The translations under genes and the position numbers were made by a program. DNA of 64,000 nt, from IMG/VR virus record IMGVR_UViG_3300044846_004119, positions 32,001 to 96,000 of that record. One strand, given 5' to 3'. Under the pieces are notes generated by a model that saw only the letters and a list, made by a program, of their open reading frames with translations, was not told the origin of the DNA and ran no database searches. The stretch's first letter is position 1; each line of letters begins with the position of its first letter. Origin of the DNA: a virus. Positions 47,723 to 59,081 of this stretch are shown one piece after another.

Positions 47723-49519
47723 ATGGGGAATAGAATAGATACTCGAGTAGTTTTAGGGTCATTAAGGTACAAGTCGGCACCTGACACAAACCTAATGTTT
47801 AATGTACCTTTAGTTCAAACTAATAAGGAGAATATTGAATTTGATAGGAATATTAATATTGACTTACAACAAGTTTTTGATGATGAAAGACAAAAATCCG
47901 ATACATTTAGACCTGCGTGCAAGTTCTCATTATTATTTAACAATTCTTATAGTGGGTCAACTAATTACGTACCATTAGAAAATAATTTATATTATGTTAA
48001 CGCTGTTGCAGCTGCTAAACTACAATGTGGGTATAATCCACAAACTGTTCTTTGGTCAGGGTTTCCACAATATAATGAGTTTGACTTTGTTCGCACAGAT
48101 TATAATGTCCCAGGATATACTCAACCACCCAATAATCATATTACTTTTATACCTAAAAGTGCTTCAAGTTATAATTGGAATTTTTTTGTTAGTTATGCTT
48201 ATGATAATGATTTTACAAAACCATTAGAGGCTATTGACCAAAAAAGTGGACAATTATTACAATGGATTTCTGGTGGAGGAATACCATTTATAATTAATAA
48301 CACAACATTTAATGGACAAAATTTAGTATCATTTAGATGTCCGGTAAAACATGGTTTATCTATTGGTGAGCACGTAAAACTTAACTTCAGTTACATTGGA
48401 ATTGACACATTTCAAGTATATTCATTAGGAGACCAAAAATCGGGGAGTGAAGAATACATATTCAATATATATAACGTTGGGTTTACTGGCGCTGTTTTTG
48501 TTAATAATAAAAAAGGTTTTTTTAAAAGAATTATTGATATTGAAAATCCTAATGATACTACCTCACAATATTATGTTAGAAGACATAAATTATTAACTAA
48601 CTCGCAAGACGCGGTATTAGTTAACGCAGGATTTGACCAAAATATTTTTGGTAATAAAAAGAAATTTGAAAGTAGTGGATTTACGCCAAATCGAGTTGCT
48701 AGGGTTTCAACTAAAGAAGGCTCGCAATCATATACACTATCTTTTAATAAAGACATAAATATTAATCCTATTAGAGATAATCAAAAACGACCTATAAGTG
48801 AGTTATTTTTCACTGTCATTTGGAAAGGTTATTTTGGATTAATGTTTGGTACTAAAAAAAATCCAAATGACTATTTAGGTCTTAAACAAGGTTATGAATT
48901 TAATTTACCGGTTGACCCCGCAAACAATCAACCTAGTTCTTGGTGGGAGAACCTAAACAGTTTATCCGACACAACATTTCCTGTTGGTTTTTATAACACA
49001 CCACTTGGTGCTGGTTTAGGGCCTAATTCAGGGCCAATACCATTTACCTATATTGAATCGTTAAAACAAAATGATATTTTAGATGGGGATTTGTGTGAGT
49101 GGAATGAATCGGAACAAAAAGAAAGAGTTATCTCAAAATTATATCATAAGTACAGATTTAACCCATTTGTATTAAGTGTGACAGAACCACAACAATCACC
49201 CTCAAACATGTTTGGGTATTATTATCAACCTCATTACCCAATAAAGATTAGGGATTATTCTGATTATATTGAAACGGGTAGTAAACAATTAACTGAGGGT
49301 ATCCCTGACTATGCGTTTTATTCGCAAAAAACCGATTCATTTATTTGGAGAGATATATACCAATATGGTTTTATTAATAATGGTATTGGGGTTAATTACC
49401 CATTTATTAATGGTACCCATTACCCTTATAATTATAATATTTTTAGAATAATTCCGGAAGGAAGTAATTATGGTATAGAAGGATTAACAACTGACCCTAT
49501 TATCGATGGATGTGAGTAA
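47723..49519 (+). CDS. Putative baseplate/structural protein
   Basis: 598 aa, tightly packed in the structural operon; rich in aromatic residues and Asn. Confidence 0.6.
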   Translation: MGNRIDTRVVLGSLRYKSAPDTNLMFNVPLVQTNKENIEFDRNINIDLQQVFDDERQKSDTFRPACKFSLLFNNSYSGSTNYVPLENNLYYVNAVAAAKLQCGYNPQTVLWSGFPQYNEFDFVRTDYNVPGYTQPPNNHITFIPKSASSYNWNFFVSYAYDNDFTKPLEAIDQKSGQLLQWISGGGIPFIINNTTFNGQNLVSFRCPVKHGLSIGEHVKLNFSYIGIDTFQVYSLGDQKSGSEEYIFNIYNVGFTGAVFVNNKKGFFKRIIDIENPNDTTSQYYVRRHKLLTNSQDAVLVNAGFDQNIFGNKKKFESSGFTPNRVARVSTKEGSQSYTLSFNKDININPIRDNQKRPISELFFTVIWKGYFGLMFGTKKNPNDYLGLKQGYEFNLPVDPANNQPSSWWENLNSLSDTTFPVGFYNTPLGAGLGPNSGPIPFTYIESLKQNDILDGDLCEWNESEQKERVISKLYHKYRFNPFVLSVTEPQQSPSNMFGYYYQPHYPIKIRDYSDYIETGSKQLTEGIPDYAFYSQKTDSFIWRDIYQYGFINNGIGVNYPFINGTHYPYNYNIFRIIPEGSNYGIEGLTTDPIIDGCE

Positions 49520-50321
49520 CAAATATAAATTTATATTACCGACAACGGATAAATATATTAATTTGCCAATAGAACTTAAATGGGATTTTTATGGTAGAGA
49601 CGATAGTATTGAAATTTTCCAAGAAGAAGTTGTTGAAGATATCATAGGAGTTCCTGATGATTTTGAGATTTTAAGATTTGCCCACGATACTTACAGATTT
49701 GGAAACTCTTTTGAAGATACTAAAATAAATTATGAATTTAATTTCTATAACGGTAACCCAAATACTGTTGGAACCTCAACAATTGCGAATTGGGTATGTA
49801 GTTATTTACCTGAAGGGTTTTCAGCGACAGAAGTTTATTATTATGAAAAACCTTTTACCAAATCATTTTTTAAGTTAGATTTTTATGATAGTAATAGTGG
49901 TACAAATCAAACTAATTATTTTACTGTGATTTTACCCGTTCAACAGGGTCTTACTGAAAGTGTTAGTATTTCACCCATAAAACCAAACGTTGATATTAAA
50001 ATACCTTCACAATTTTTAGATTATGTTGGGGACAAAGAAGGATTTTTTTTTTATTGGTTGAGAAAAAAAGAATTTATTGATATTAGTACGTTTTATATGT
50101 CCGCAAAATTTTTTGATGCCAGATTAGGTGTATTTGTTAAAATGATGACAGTACCACAATCCACGTTACCTAATGTCTTTTTATTTAATGGTGAAGATAA
50201 GTTTTATTATAAAGTTGTTTTAAACTCTGTTAATCAAACCTATAGAATTTTTAACATTTCTAACGGACTTAGAGTTGGTGAGGGAACCCCCATAAAATGG
50301 TATGAATATGTAAACCCATAA
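49506..50321 (+). CDS. Putative structural protein
   Basis: 271 aa, 14-nt overlap with the upstream gene. Confidence 0.6.
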   Translation: MDVSNKYKFILPTTDKYINLPIELKWDFYGRDDSIEIFQEEVVEDIIGVPDDFEILRFAHDTYRFGNSFEDTKINYEFNFYNGNPNTVGTSTIANWVCSYLPEGFSATEVYYYEKPFTKSFFKLDFYDSNSGTNQTNYFTVILPVQQGLTESVSISPIKPNVDIKIPSQFLDYVGDKEGFFFYWLRKKEFIDISTFYMSAKFFDARLGVFVKMMTVPQSTLPNVFLFNGEDKFYYKVVLNSVNQTYRIFNISNGLRVGEGTPIKWYEYVNP

Positions 50322-50322
50322 T

Positions 50323-51501
50323 ATGGATAATAGAATTTATTATATAAAAATATCTCCAGAAGTTATTAAAAACGATATCTTCAAGGTTAATATATACTCA
50401 CCTTATACCGAAGATATTGAGATACCCTTTTGTTGTGATATATATACCCAGCAAGTTACAAAATATGTGACAGGACATACATATGTGTATTCATCCATGA
50501 CTGAAATTTTATCAGGTGGAACCAACGGGGATTCAATCTTAACAGGACTTACGGTTCCAATTATGTTAACTGAGAATACGGTTGATTTGGGGTATTATTC
50601 AGTTTTTGATGGAATGGTGTTACAACAGGAAACTATGACTAATTTTTTGTTTTCTGCGACAACAACATTCCCTAACGTATATTATTTTTATAATACTTCC
50701 GATACCGAGTTTAAAAAATATTTAGAATTTTCAAATTATTATGTTGATTGGGGTGACGGAACGCCAATACAAACAATAACAACAAACGCGCCAAATTATT
50801 ACCAACACACTTACTCAACAATTGGGGAATTTACTATTATTATGTCAGGAATGAGTCCATGGGGTTCAAATATTGTTAAAAAAACAGTTGAAGTTCCATT
50901 TACTAACATTGTAATAACTAATCCTAATGGTACCGCTTATTTTACACCTGCGGGTGGTAGTTGGAGTGGGACTATGTTTAATTATGATTACATTTTTAGT
51001 GGTGATGCTAGTTGTGACGCACAAATAATGGACATTACAAATTTTACCACAGTCCCTTTTATTGTTACAGGGTACACTAAATCTTCTGTTAGCGATTTAG
51101 AAGTGTACGGAAATAAATATATTTTGTTTGGTGGAAAATATAATATAGGTGTTCAAATAACTGGCACATCGGGAAACATTGGAACATATTGGGGACCACA
51201 CCTAACAGAACCATACACTGCATATACAATTAATGGAATGAATTACTATGATTATAGTGATGGTACTACAGTATTTGCGGTTGAGTCTTCGGGATTAACT
51301 CAAGATATGTTAATTTGTTCTGCAATTACAAAAAATGAGGTATTGATAAATGTAATTGATGAGGCTGAAGTTCAAAGTAATGTTTTTGTTGAACGAGGTA
51401 AACTATCTGGTTTGGAACGAATTGAAAGATTGGGGGAAATTGATAATATAGGTGACCTTGAAAAATACGGATATGAATTTTTTAATATAATAAAAATATA
51501 A
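50323..51501 (+). CDS. Putative structural protein with PKD-like domain
   Basis: YYVDWGDGTPIQ...YQHTYSTIGEFTI is a PKD-type signature. Confidence 0.62.
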   Translation: MDNRIYYIKISPEVIKNDIFKVNIYSPYTEDIEIPFCCDIYTQQVTKYVTGHTYVYSSMTEILSGGTNGDSILTGLTVPIMLTENTVDLGYYSVFDGMVLQQETMTNFLFSATTTFPNVYYFYNTSDTEFKKYLEFSNYYVDWGDGTPIQTITTNAPNYYQHTYSTIGEFTIIMSGMSPWGSNIVKKTVEVPFTNIVITNPNGTAYFTPAGGSWSGTMFNYDYIFSGDASCDAQIMDITNFTTVPFIVTGYTKSSVSDLEVYGNKYILFGGKYNIGVQITGTSGNIGTYWGPHLTEPYTAYTINGMNYYDYSDGTTVFAVESSGLTQDMLICSAITKNEVLINVIDEAEVQSNVFVERGKLSGLERIERLGEIDNIGDLEKYGYEFFNIIKI

Positions 51502-51518
51502 TATGGATATTTATTGTT

Positions 51519-51584
51519 ATAAAAATTTGTGGTAAATGTGGGATAGAAAAAGAAAAAAATAATAAAATATTAATAAATAATTAA
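51519..51584 (+). pseudogene. Remnant of a CxxC zinc-ribbon (homing-endonuclease-like) gene
   Basis: ATA-start mini-frame IKICGKCGIEKEKNNKILINN*, 4 nt after TATTTAT (51508-51514). Confidence 0.4.
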
Positions 51585-51586
51585 AA

Positions 51587-52495
51587 ATGGCAACAGGAAC
51601 GTACGGTACAATTAGACCAGCGGATGTCTCTCCCGAAGATGTGGAAATCATCTTAAATTACACACCATCAAGGGATGAAACAGATAATTTTATCTTAACT
51701 AAGTTAAATGCGACATCAATCTTAAGACCATACTTTAATAACAATGATACTGGTGGTAACCCTAATATTGAAATATTGGGTGGTTTATATAATTTAAGGT
51801 TACCTTCAGACCAATTTAATAAAATTGGTATCTATACCTTAATGGTTAGACCGGCCCAAATAAGAACAAGAATACTTGATTGTGGTGTTCTATCGGCATT
51901 ACCAAATGTTAAAGGGTTAGTTATTGATTTAAATGACGTGCCAACTCAGTTTAGAAATAAATTTGTTAATCAAGGATTGGTTGGTTTTAGAATTGAATAT
52001 TTAAATTCTGACGGAACTAAAGTACCTAATTTTTTTAGATTAATAACTTCATCATTTTTTTGTGAACCAGTTGTTCAAAACTTAACTAATACTTCTCAAA
52101 AAGCTATTAGATATAGGTATACTGATAATAATACAAATTTAATTTTTTGTACTGTTTCACCATCATCATCACCTACTAATAAGCCAAATGCAACACCGTA
52201 TATTGGGCAACCTGACCAAGATATCATTATTACAAATACTTTCTTTAATCCAATAACATTGGATATTGAAATTGCTGAACACGATTTCTCAACATTGGCA
52301 ATTGCATTGTTTGGTAATCAAACTAAGTCTATGGATGATGGTATCTACACATTATACGATACTCAAAATAACATATACAGACAATACAATTTATATGAAA
52401 TTAGAGACCAATTTAATGAATTACTTTATGAGGTTAGACAAGATAGGGGAAATAATATTGACTTCAGTAAAAACTTTACAAATATAACGCAATAA
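51587..52495 (+). CDS. Putative structural protein
   Basis: 302 aa, TAATG-coupled to the next gene. Confidence 0.65.
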   Translation: MATGTYGTIRPADVSPEDVEIILNYTPSRDETDNFILTKLNATSILRPYFNNNDTGGNPNIEILGGLYNLRLPSDQFNKIGIYTLMVRPAQIRTRILDCGVLSALPNVKGLVIDLNDVPTQFRNKFVNQGLVGFRIEYLNSDGTKVPNFFRLITSSFFCEPVVQNLTNTSQKAIRYRYTDNNTNLIFCTVSPSSSPTNKPNATPYIGQPDQDIIITNTFFNPITLDIEIAEHDFSTLAIALFGNQTKSMDDGIYTLYDTQNNIYRQYNLYEIRDQFNELLYEVRQDRGNNIDFSKNFTNITQ

Positions 52496-55400
52496 TGGCC
52501 GTTACAAAATATACTTGCCCACCTCAGTCCGCTTCAGGAGCTGGTACCTTTTCCGATAATTTAGTTGGATTCCAATTAGTTACTGGTGGAGGTTTAACGC
52601 AAGGAAATTTTGAATTTGTTAGTTCTATTAATGAAAAAACAAATAGAACCTTTAATACGGGTAATTTCTCAGACCCTATCAGTTTAGATAGTATGGGTGT
52701 TAGTGGTGTGGTACAATCTAAATCTATTTTTGAAAATAACTTTAAGGTTTATCCTAATTTTGACATGAGTCAAATTACCAACTTCACATTATATGGGTCG
52801 ATGGTTAAACGTATTTCAGTTTCGGTTGAAACCATTATTAGTAAGTTCCCTGCGGCATTAGAGTCGACATTCATGGGGACTAACTATGTGACAGGTGCAA
52901 CCGCAACTAACATTTTATTTAATTCGGTTTACGATGAGACCGTTTTTGATTTGGACGTTTCAAAATTAAGAAATCCATTTGATATTGACTTTTCGGTTAA
53001 CTCAACAAGAAATTTAGAATTAAAAGAAATTAGTGTATCTCCATTAAGAGATATGACAATCCAATATGCTAAGTATTCCTTATACGTCAATGGGGTTGGA
53101 TATGATGTTAAATCTTTAACACCAACAACCAATACTTCTAGTGGAATATTACAAATATCCGTTAGTGGAAACCCTTTTTCAGGGCAAAGTATTGTATATT
53201 ATAGTTTTGTTATTCGGCCTAACGACTATGAGGTTACTAAAATATTTAATGAAGATTTAGATGAAGTTGAAAATTTCTTATTAAATAGAAGTGTAACACC
53301 AATTTATACCGCAACATTCCAAGTACCAAGAGAATCTGAAGATGGTACATATTACACCTCAAATCAACCAATTACATGGCCATTGTATGGTGAGTGGAAT
53401 ATTGATATTATAACCAAATCATTTGAAAATTATTTAATACAATTAAATGAAGTTAGTGAGTATTTTGACATTTATACAACAAATTTAGTCTCAAGATTTT
53501 TAATTACAGGTTCATTTAAAGAATTTGACACCGTAACTCAAAAAATGGAAAAAGTTCTACAGATTTATGGTAGAAGTTTTGATGAAACTAAAAAATTCAT
53601 AGACGCTTTAGCATTTATGACTTCGGTTAATTATAATGTTGGTAATGATATACCGTCACAATTATTAAAAAATTTAGCACAAACATTAGGTTGGGGAATT
53701 AACATTTCACCAATAACCGAGGATGATTTTTTAGGTTCTGTGTTTGGTCAAAAAAATAAAGACAATTCACAATTTACAGGAACGTCACAAAAACAAACTC
53801 CCGATGAATTAAATTATCAGTATTACAGAAATTTAGTATTAAATTCCGCTTACTTATTTAAATCTAAAGGAACAAGAAAATCAATTGAAGTTTTAATGAG
53901 ATTGGTTGGTGCTCCTGAAGCCTTAGTTGAATTTAATGAATATGTTTATGTTGCTGACCAAAAAATTAATTTAGAACAGTTTGATACACAATTCTATAAT
54001 ATTTCTGGAGGGACATACATTCAAGAATTACCGACTTACGAACAAGGTAATACATTTAACATTATGGGAGTTACCTATACAGGTTTTACTACTCAAACAA
54101 CAATTCAGGATGTTAATATTAACCGAGGGGAATACCCTATGGATTTTTATGGATATCCACAAGCACCTATCGACACTGAAAATTACTTTTTTCAGATAGG
54201 TAGCGGTTGGTTTGAACAAACACCAAAACACAGAGCTCCTGAACAAGTTGATTTAAATAATAGTGTATTCACAGGTTCTAACCCTAATTATCAAACAACT
54301 TTAATACCTTATTCATACGGTCAAGAATATCTTAATAGATTTAGGGACTTCCCATTTATGACATTAGGTTATAATTTGAGCGCAGTTCCTGATAATAATA
54401 AAAGTTGGACTGATAATGAAGTTGGAATAAGAAGTAATTTAGATGGAGGGATTAATGCTCGTTATTTTGTCGATGATGAAAGATTAGTATTAAATGTTAA
54501 AAATGTTGATTTATTTTTAAATCCTGCTCAAGGTATCGTATATGACGTATGGTACATGTCTAGACAATATAATTACCCAATCCCAAATCAAGGTTTAAAT
54601 TATGTGGCACCAACTTATTGTAACCCACACCCAAATATCGAGTATCCACAAAGAGGTGGTGTGGATTGGACTGAAATCAACCCACAACCAAAAAGAAAAA
54701 CATTCTTTGAGTTTGCTCAAACATTTTGGCAAAATACTATTAATGTTAGAAACAGACAATATGCTACAGATGGTAAAACAAGTGGTTATCCAACTTTATC
54801 TTCTATTTTTTGGAAGTATTTAGAGTCTCAAAAGACAATAAATATACCTAACGATAATTTCACATATCAAACAATGATTGACTACGTGAATGGTATGGGG
54901 GATTATTGGATTAGACTTGTTGAACAAATGATTCCTGCAACAACTATTTGGAACACTGGTGTTAAGTATGAAAATTCAATATTTCATAGGCAAAAATTTG
55001 TTTGGAGAAGACAAGAGTGTTGTAAATTTATACCAGTACCATGTAAACCATGTTCATTAACCTCAAACATATATCGATATGATTGTAATATACAATCAGT
55101 TGAATGTGGTGTGTATCCTTGGTATGGAAGTTCTACTATTAATAGTTTTAATGCGGTTTTAGGTCAAGCGCTTAATAACTATCTTACTGCTAATGGTTAT
55201 ACCTTAAATGACTGTTTATTAAATACTTTAACAACTAATTGGTTTGTAGAAATAAAAATTAATGACTCAACTGTTATTCAATACCCATTTTTTGATGGAA
55301 TTGGTTATACCAATATAAGTTTAAGCTCGCCACAACCAAATGATTGGGATTCCGCATTATTAATAGCATTAAATGATTTAACAATTTACGGATATGACTA

Positions 55401-55515
55401 TTATTTAACAACTACCGATACTATAGTTATTTATAATTCAATTTGCTCCACTTCAGCCTTTGGTGATAACTTCAAACTAAATGTCGGAATAAACTTTAAT
55501 ATTTTATGTAATTAA
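52495..55515 (+). CDS. Baseplate wedge subunit, T4 gp7 / P2 gpI-like
   Basis: LLKNLAQTLGW and YYRNLVLNSAYLFKSKGTRKSIEVLMRLVG match the gp7/gpI K(S/A)KG(T/I) signature. Confidence 0.65.
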   Translation: MAVTKYTCPPQSASGAGTFSDNLVGFQLVTGGGLTQGNFEFVSSINEKTNRTFNTGNFSDPISLDSMGVSGVVQSKSIFENNFKVYPNFDMSQITNFTLYGSMVKRISVSVETIISKFPAALESTFMGTNYVTGATATNILFNSVYDETVFDLDVSKLRNPFDIDFSVNSTRNLELKEISVSPLRDMTIQYAKYSLYVNGVGYDVKSLTPTTNTSSGILQISVSGNPFSGQSIVYYSFVIRPNDYEVTKIFNEDLDEVENFLLNRSVTPIYTATFQVPRESEDGTYYTSNQPITWPLYGEWNIDIITKSFENYLIQLNEVSEYFDIYTTNLVSRFLITGSFKEFDTVTQKMEKVLQIYGRSFDETKKFIDALAFMTSVNYNVGNDIPSQLLKNLAQTLGWGINISPITEDDFLGSVFGQKNKDNSQFTGTSQKQTPDELNYQYYRNLVLNSAYLFKSKGTRKSIEVLMRLVGAPEALVEFNEYVYVADQKINLEQFDTQFYNISGGTYIQELPTYEQGNTFNIMGVTYTGFTTQTTIQDVNINRGEYPMDFYGYPQAPIDTENYFFQIGSGWFEQTPKHRAPEQVDLNNSVFTGSNPNYQTTLIPYSYGQEYLNRFRDFPFMTLGYNLSAVPDNNKSWTDNEVGIRSNLDGGINARYFVDDERLVLNVKNVDLFLNPAQGIVYDVWYMSRQYNYPIPNQGLNYVAPTYCNPHPNIEYPQRGGVDWTEINPQPKRKTFFEFAQTFWQNTINVRNRQYATDGKTSGYPTLSSIFWKYLESQKTINIPNDNFTYQTMIDYVNGMGDYWIRLVEQMIPATTIWNTGVKYENSIFHRQKFVWRRQECCKFIPVPCKPCSLTSNIYRYDCNIQSVECGVYPWYGSSTINSFNAVLGQALNNYLTANGYTLNDCLLNTLTTNWFVEIKINDSTVIQYPFFDGIGYTNISLSSPQPNDWDSALLIALNDLTIYGYDYYLTTTDTIVIYNSICSTSAFGDNFKLNVGINFNILCN

Positions 55516-58500
55516 TGTCTTGTACTTTATTATATACCTCAACTATAACTGGTGATTGTTCAAATACTAATGTTGGAGGATTCACTATAGATATTAATGG
55601 TAGTGCTCCTGATTATTCAATTCAGTGGATTAACCCATCTTCTTTAGGAACTATAGCGTTAGGTGCTGGTGTTATACAATATGAGGTTACATCATTATCT
55701 GCGGGGACTTACACATTTAATATTATTGATTCATGTATACCAACATTAACGATTGTCCCCGTAAATGTATATATATCAAGTGGAACGTGTGTAAGTATTG
55801 ATTCTCATACTAATGCTACTTGTGGCCAAAATAACGGTAGTCTTACCGCATCAACCCAAAATCTTTATGGTATAAGTCAATTCTACCTTTACGATACAAT
55901 TAATGGTTATATTACTTCGGCGTCATCAGTGACAAATACTTTTGCATTTGATAATATGTTAAGTCCTGGAATTTATTATGTTATAGGTGATGATGGTGGT
56001 GGATGTTCCGGTAAGTCAGAAACATGTATTGTTCAAAGTGCGGAAACATTTGACTACGGATTTTATGTTGTTAATGATGCGGGGTGTGCGGTAAATTCGG
56101 GTAAAATATTTATTACAGGATTAACAGGCACGCCACCATACACTTATTTATGGTCAAACGGAGGAACAAACTCATCAATTAGCGGTTTAAGTGCCTCGAC
56201 TTACGGTGTTATTGTTACTGATGGTAATGGATGTACTATTTCTAAATCGGTAACGGTATTACAAGTGCCATTAGTTGGTTTAGGAGCGTTTACCTCAATT
56301 AGTCCAACTTGTTTTGCGTCTAACGGAGAAATTACGGTTACGGTAACAGGTGGAACCGCGCCATATTATTTTTCAGGTTCAAATGGGACTGTTTATATTA
56401 CATTTGACCAAACTTACACTTTTACAAATTTAGCTTCAGGTGTTTTTACAGTACAAGTGACGGATGCTGGTTTATGTAATTTTGTTGCAAGTACAACATT
56501 ATTACCTCCAGGAGGATTTAGTATTGTTGGTATTGGTGTTAATAATTCAAACTGTAACAATAACGGGGGGTCTTTAAACCCAATTCAATTATTTGGTGGT
56601 AGTGGTAATTACACCTATGACTTACAATATCCTGATGGACATCATGATATTGTAAGTACAACAAATCAAAATTGGCAATTTACGGGACTTTCAGGAGGTA
56701 CTTATAATTTAACAATTAATGATGGTGTCTGTACCTTTACCAGTGCTTATACTATCAATAATACTGTTCAATTTAATTTAACAACAACAAGTACAGGAAC
56801 AACTTGTGGTTTTACTAATGGAGCTATTAATTTAGAAATTTCAGGTAGTACAGGGCCTTATACTTACTCAATAAATGGGTTAAGTTTGGTTTCGCCTTTA
56901 AGTGCTTATACATTTAGTAATCTGGCCTCAGGAACATATACGGCTAGTGTTACAGACTTTAGTGGGTGTCAACAAACTAATTCTGTATTAGTTGCCCCAT
57001 CCGCAAATCCTAATTTTATATTAAATGCGACAAATACAGTAAATGGTTCTGATGGTACTATCACCGCATACATAACTAATGGTTTACCACCATTTACTTT
57101 AAATTGGAGTAGTAACGTAAATGGACAAACAGGGGATACGATTAATAGTTTATCAGCTGGCACGTATTCACTTACAGTTATAGATTTTAATGGGTGTTCT
57201 ACAATATCAAGTGTTATTATTACGGGTACAAATAGTGTGGCATCCTATCAGACATATACAATATGTGATACTGATTTTATCAATTCACCAAATGCAATTA
57301 AAACGGGGCCTAAACAAATGTTAAATGAAGGTTTTTATGATTTAACATTTAATGATATAAATTGTGTGTTAAATGAAGCAATTTTTGAGGCGATTGTGAG
57401 TGTTAGTGGTGATGTTTTAACTCAACAATTTTATGCTGGTACAACATTAAACGAATATCCTGCAGATAATCAATTTTATGACACAATTACGGGGTTATTA
57501 TTACAATTTGATGGTATTGCAAGTGTGGATATTAATCCTCTAAGAAACACTATTCAAATTTTAACTGATTGTGACTCGTTAGTTTCTTTATCGGATGCTC
57601 AAGTTATTATTAACATGAAAATATATTATGATATCTCGTGCGTTAGTTGTCCTAGTCCAACACCAACACCGACACAAACACCAACGCCAACTAACACTCC
57701 TACACCAACAGTCACACTTGGGTTAAGTCCAACACCAACAAATACCTCAACTCCAGCAAATACGCCAACACCTACACCAACAAAAACACCAACTCCAACA
57801 CCTTTACCGATAATACCAATATGTTCTGTGATAATTAATGGTAGTACTAACGTATCCGCCTATTTTCCATCATCAAATACTAACGTATCTTTAGGTTTTT
57901 CAGTAAGTGCACTTGATATTGCACATACAACAACTAAACTATGGTTGGATACTGGATTGATAATTAAAGAATATAACATAACATTAAACCCTTGGTCAAA
58001 AACGTTCAACAGAAACATCGCATACCCTTCAGGTGTTTCTTTAGGGGCTGGTTTAGGTGCCATTAGCAGCTCTCAGTTAATCTCAACAAACACTTCAGTA
58101 TCTCCTAATCAAATAATTACTTTAGATATTACCACAAGTACCGCAGTTTCAACTGTGATTGGAACACTACTGCCTGGTAGGGAGGTTTCGGGTGATATTT
58201 TATTAACAACAACAAATAAAATATTAGTTACTAATTCAACTACCTCAGGTCCATATCTTACATATCTAACCCAATATAGTTATCCGTCAGGTACTTTTGA
58301 AGTTGAGGTCGATATTACGTCAACCACACCCCAACCGTATGGTATATTTATCGATAGTGGTAATATATATGTTTGTAACAATGGTGGTCAAATATATAAG
58401 GTTAATGTTAACTTTCCATATACACAAACATTATTTAATAACTCAGGGTTATATGTTGAAGGAGCATCTCAAGTACCAAGTTGTTGTAATACTAACCTAA

Positions 58501-58802
58501 ACTTACCTATAACATACTATACTTGGTTTACTAATCTTGATACCTACACATCATCTGATATTACTCCCTGTATAGCCACTGGTTGTGGGGCAAATTTATA
58601 CACAGCAACATCGACAATAGCTCCTGGAATTGTAATATATCAGGATAATGCTTTAACAATACCATTTGTTGGTACTAATTATGGTGTTTCAGGTGGTGGA
58701 TGGGGTAGATTGTTTTTATCAGATGATTGCCCAATAATTGGATTGAGAAATATTGCACAAGTAAATGGTTCAGGACAAGTTCTAAGTAATTATACATGTT
58801 AA
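55515..58802 (+). CDS. Adhesin/fibre-like protein: ~7 SprB-type repeats, Thr/Pro stalk, C-terminal beta-propeller-like domain
   Basis: Repeats such as [45 protein letters not shown]; (PT)n tract; propeller-like blades ([25 protein letters not shown]). Confidence 0.75.
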   Translation: MSCTLLYTSTITGDCSNTNVGGFTIDINGSAPDYSIQWINPSSLGTIALGAGVIQYEVTSLSAGTYTFNIIDSCIPTLTIVPVNVYISSGTCVSIDSHTNATCGQNNGSLTASTQNLYGISQFYLYDTINGYITSASSVTNTFAFDNMLSPGIYYVIGDDGGGCSGKSETCIVQSAETFDYGFYVVNDAGCAVNSGKIFITGLTGTPPYTYLWSNGGTNSSISGLSASTYGVIVTDGNGCTISKSVTVLQVPLVGLGAFTSISPTCFASNGEITVTVTGGTAPYYFSGSNGTVYITFDQTYTFTNLASGVFTVQVTDAGLCNFVASTTLLPPGGFSIVGIGVNNSNCNNNGGSLNPIQLFGGSGNYTYDLQYPDGHHDIVSTTNQNWQFTGLSGGTYNLTINDGVCTFTSAYTINNTVQFNLTTTSTGTTCGFTNGAINLEISGSTGPYTYSINGLSLVSPLSAYTFSNLASGTYTASVTDFSGCQQTNSVLVAPSANPNFILNATNTVNGSDGTITAYITNGLPPFTLNWSSNVNGQTGDTINSLSAGTYSLTVIDFNGCSTISSVIITGTNSVASYQTYTICDTDFINSPNAIKTGPKQMLNEGFYDLTFNDINCVLNEAIFEAIVSVSGDVLTQQFYAGTTLNEYPADNQFYDTITGLLLQFDGIASVDINPLRNTIQILTDCDSLVSLSDAQVIINMKIYYDISCVSCPSPTPTPTQTPTPTNTPTPTVTLGLSPTPTNTSTPANTPTPTPTKTPTPTPLPIIPICSVIINGSTNVSAYFPSSNTNVSLGFSVSALDIAHTTTKLWLDTGLIIKEYNITLNPWSKTFNRNIAYPSGVSLGAGLGAISSSQLISTNTSVSPNQIITLDITTSTAVSTVIGTLLPGREVSGDILLTTTNKILVTNSTTSGPYLTYLTQYSYPSGTFEVEVDITSTTPQPYGIFIDSGNIYVCNNGGQIYKVNVNFPYTQTLFNNSGLYVEGASQVPSCCNTNLNLPITYYTWFTNLDTYTSSDITPCIATGCGANLYTATSTIAPGIVIYQDNALTIPFVGTNYGVSGGGWGRLFLSDDCPIIGLRNIAQVNGSGQVLSNYTC
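57651..57809 (+). repeat. Pro-Thr extensin/mucin-like tract
   Basis: [53 protein letters not shown]. Confidence 0.9.
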
Positions 58803-58833
58803 TATATGACAAACTCAATTAGTTTACTGGTAA

Positions 58834-59010
58834 TTAATCAATTGGGTCTTTTTTACCTAAACCACCATAAAGTCTCATAAGTTTTAGGGATTCATGATAG
58901 TTTTTTTCTAATCTGTCTAGTTCTTTTTCAGGGACACCTTTTTCACAGGCAACCTCATACGCATCTTTAGATTCAGAAACCAATTTTGATATTGTTTTTA
59001 GTAGTTTCAT
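58834..59010 (-). CDS. Small hypothetical protein (not in ORF track)
   Basis: 58 aa MKLLKTISKLVSESKDAYEVACEKGVPEKELDRLEKNYHESLKLMRLYGGLGKKDPID; TATTTAT at 59016-59022 (-). Confidence 0.65.
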   Translation of the reverse strand: MKLLKTISKLVSESKDAYEVACEKGVPEKELDRLEKNYHESLKLMRLYGGLGKKDPID

Positions 59011-59015
59011 ATAGT

Positions 59016-59068
59016 ATAAATATCTACCAAAACACCATTTATTAAGATGGATGATTAATTATATTTAT
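59016..59068. promoter_or_regulatory. Divergent TATTTAT motif pair
   Basis: 59016-59022 on minus (small ORF) and 59062-59068 on plus (glycosyltransferase). Confidence 0.55.
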
Positions 59069-59081
59069 TTTAAAACATAAA

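Noticed and set aside
58806-58880. Short ATG frame MTNSISLLVINQLGLFYLNHHKVS after gene 55515
   Set aside because: 24 codons, overlaps the better-supported minus-strand ORF, no upstream motif.
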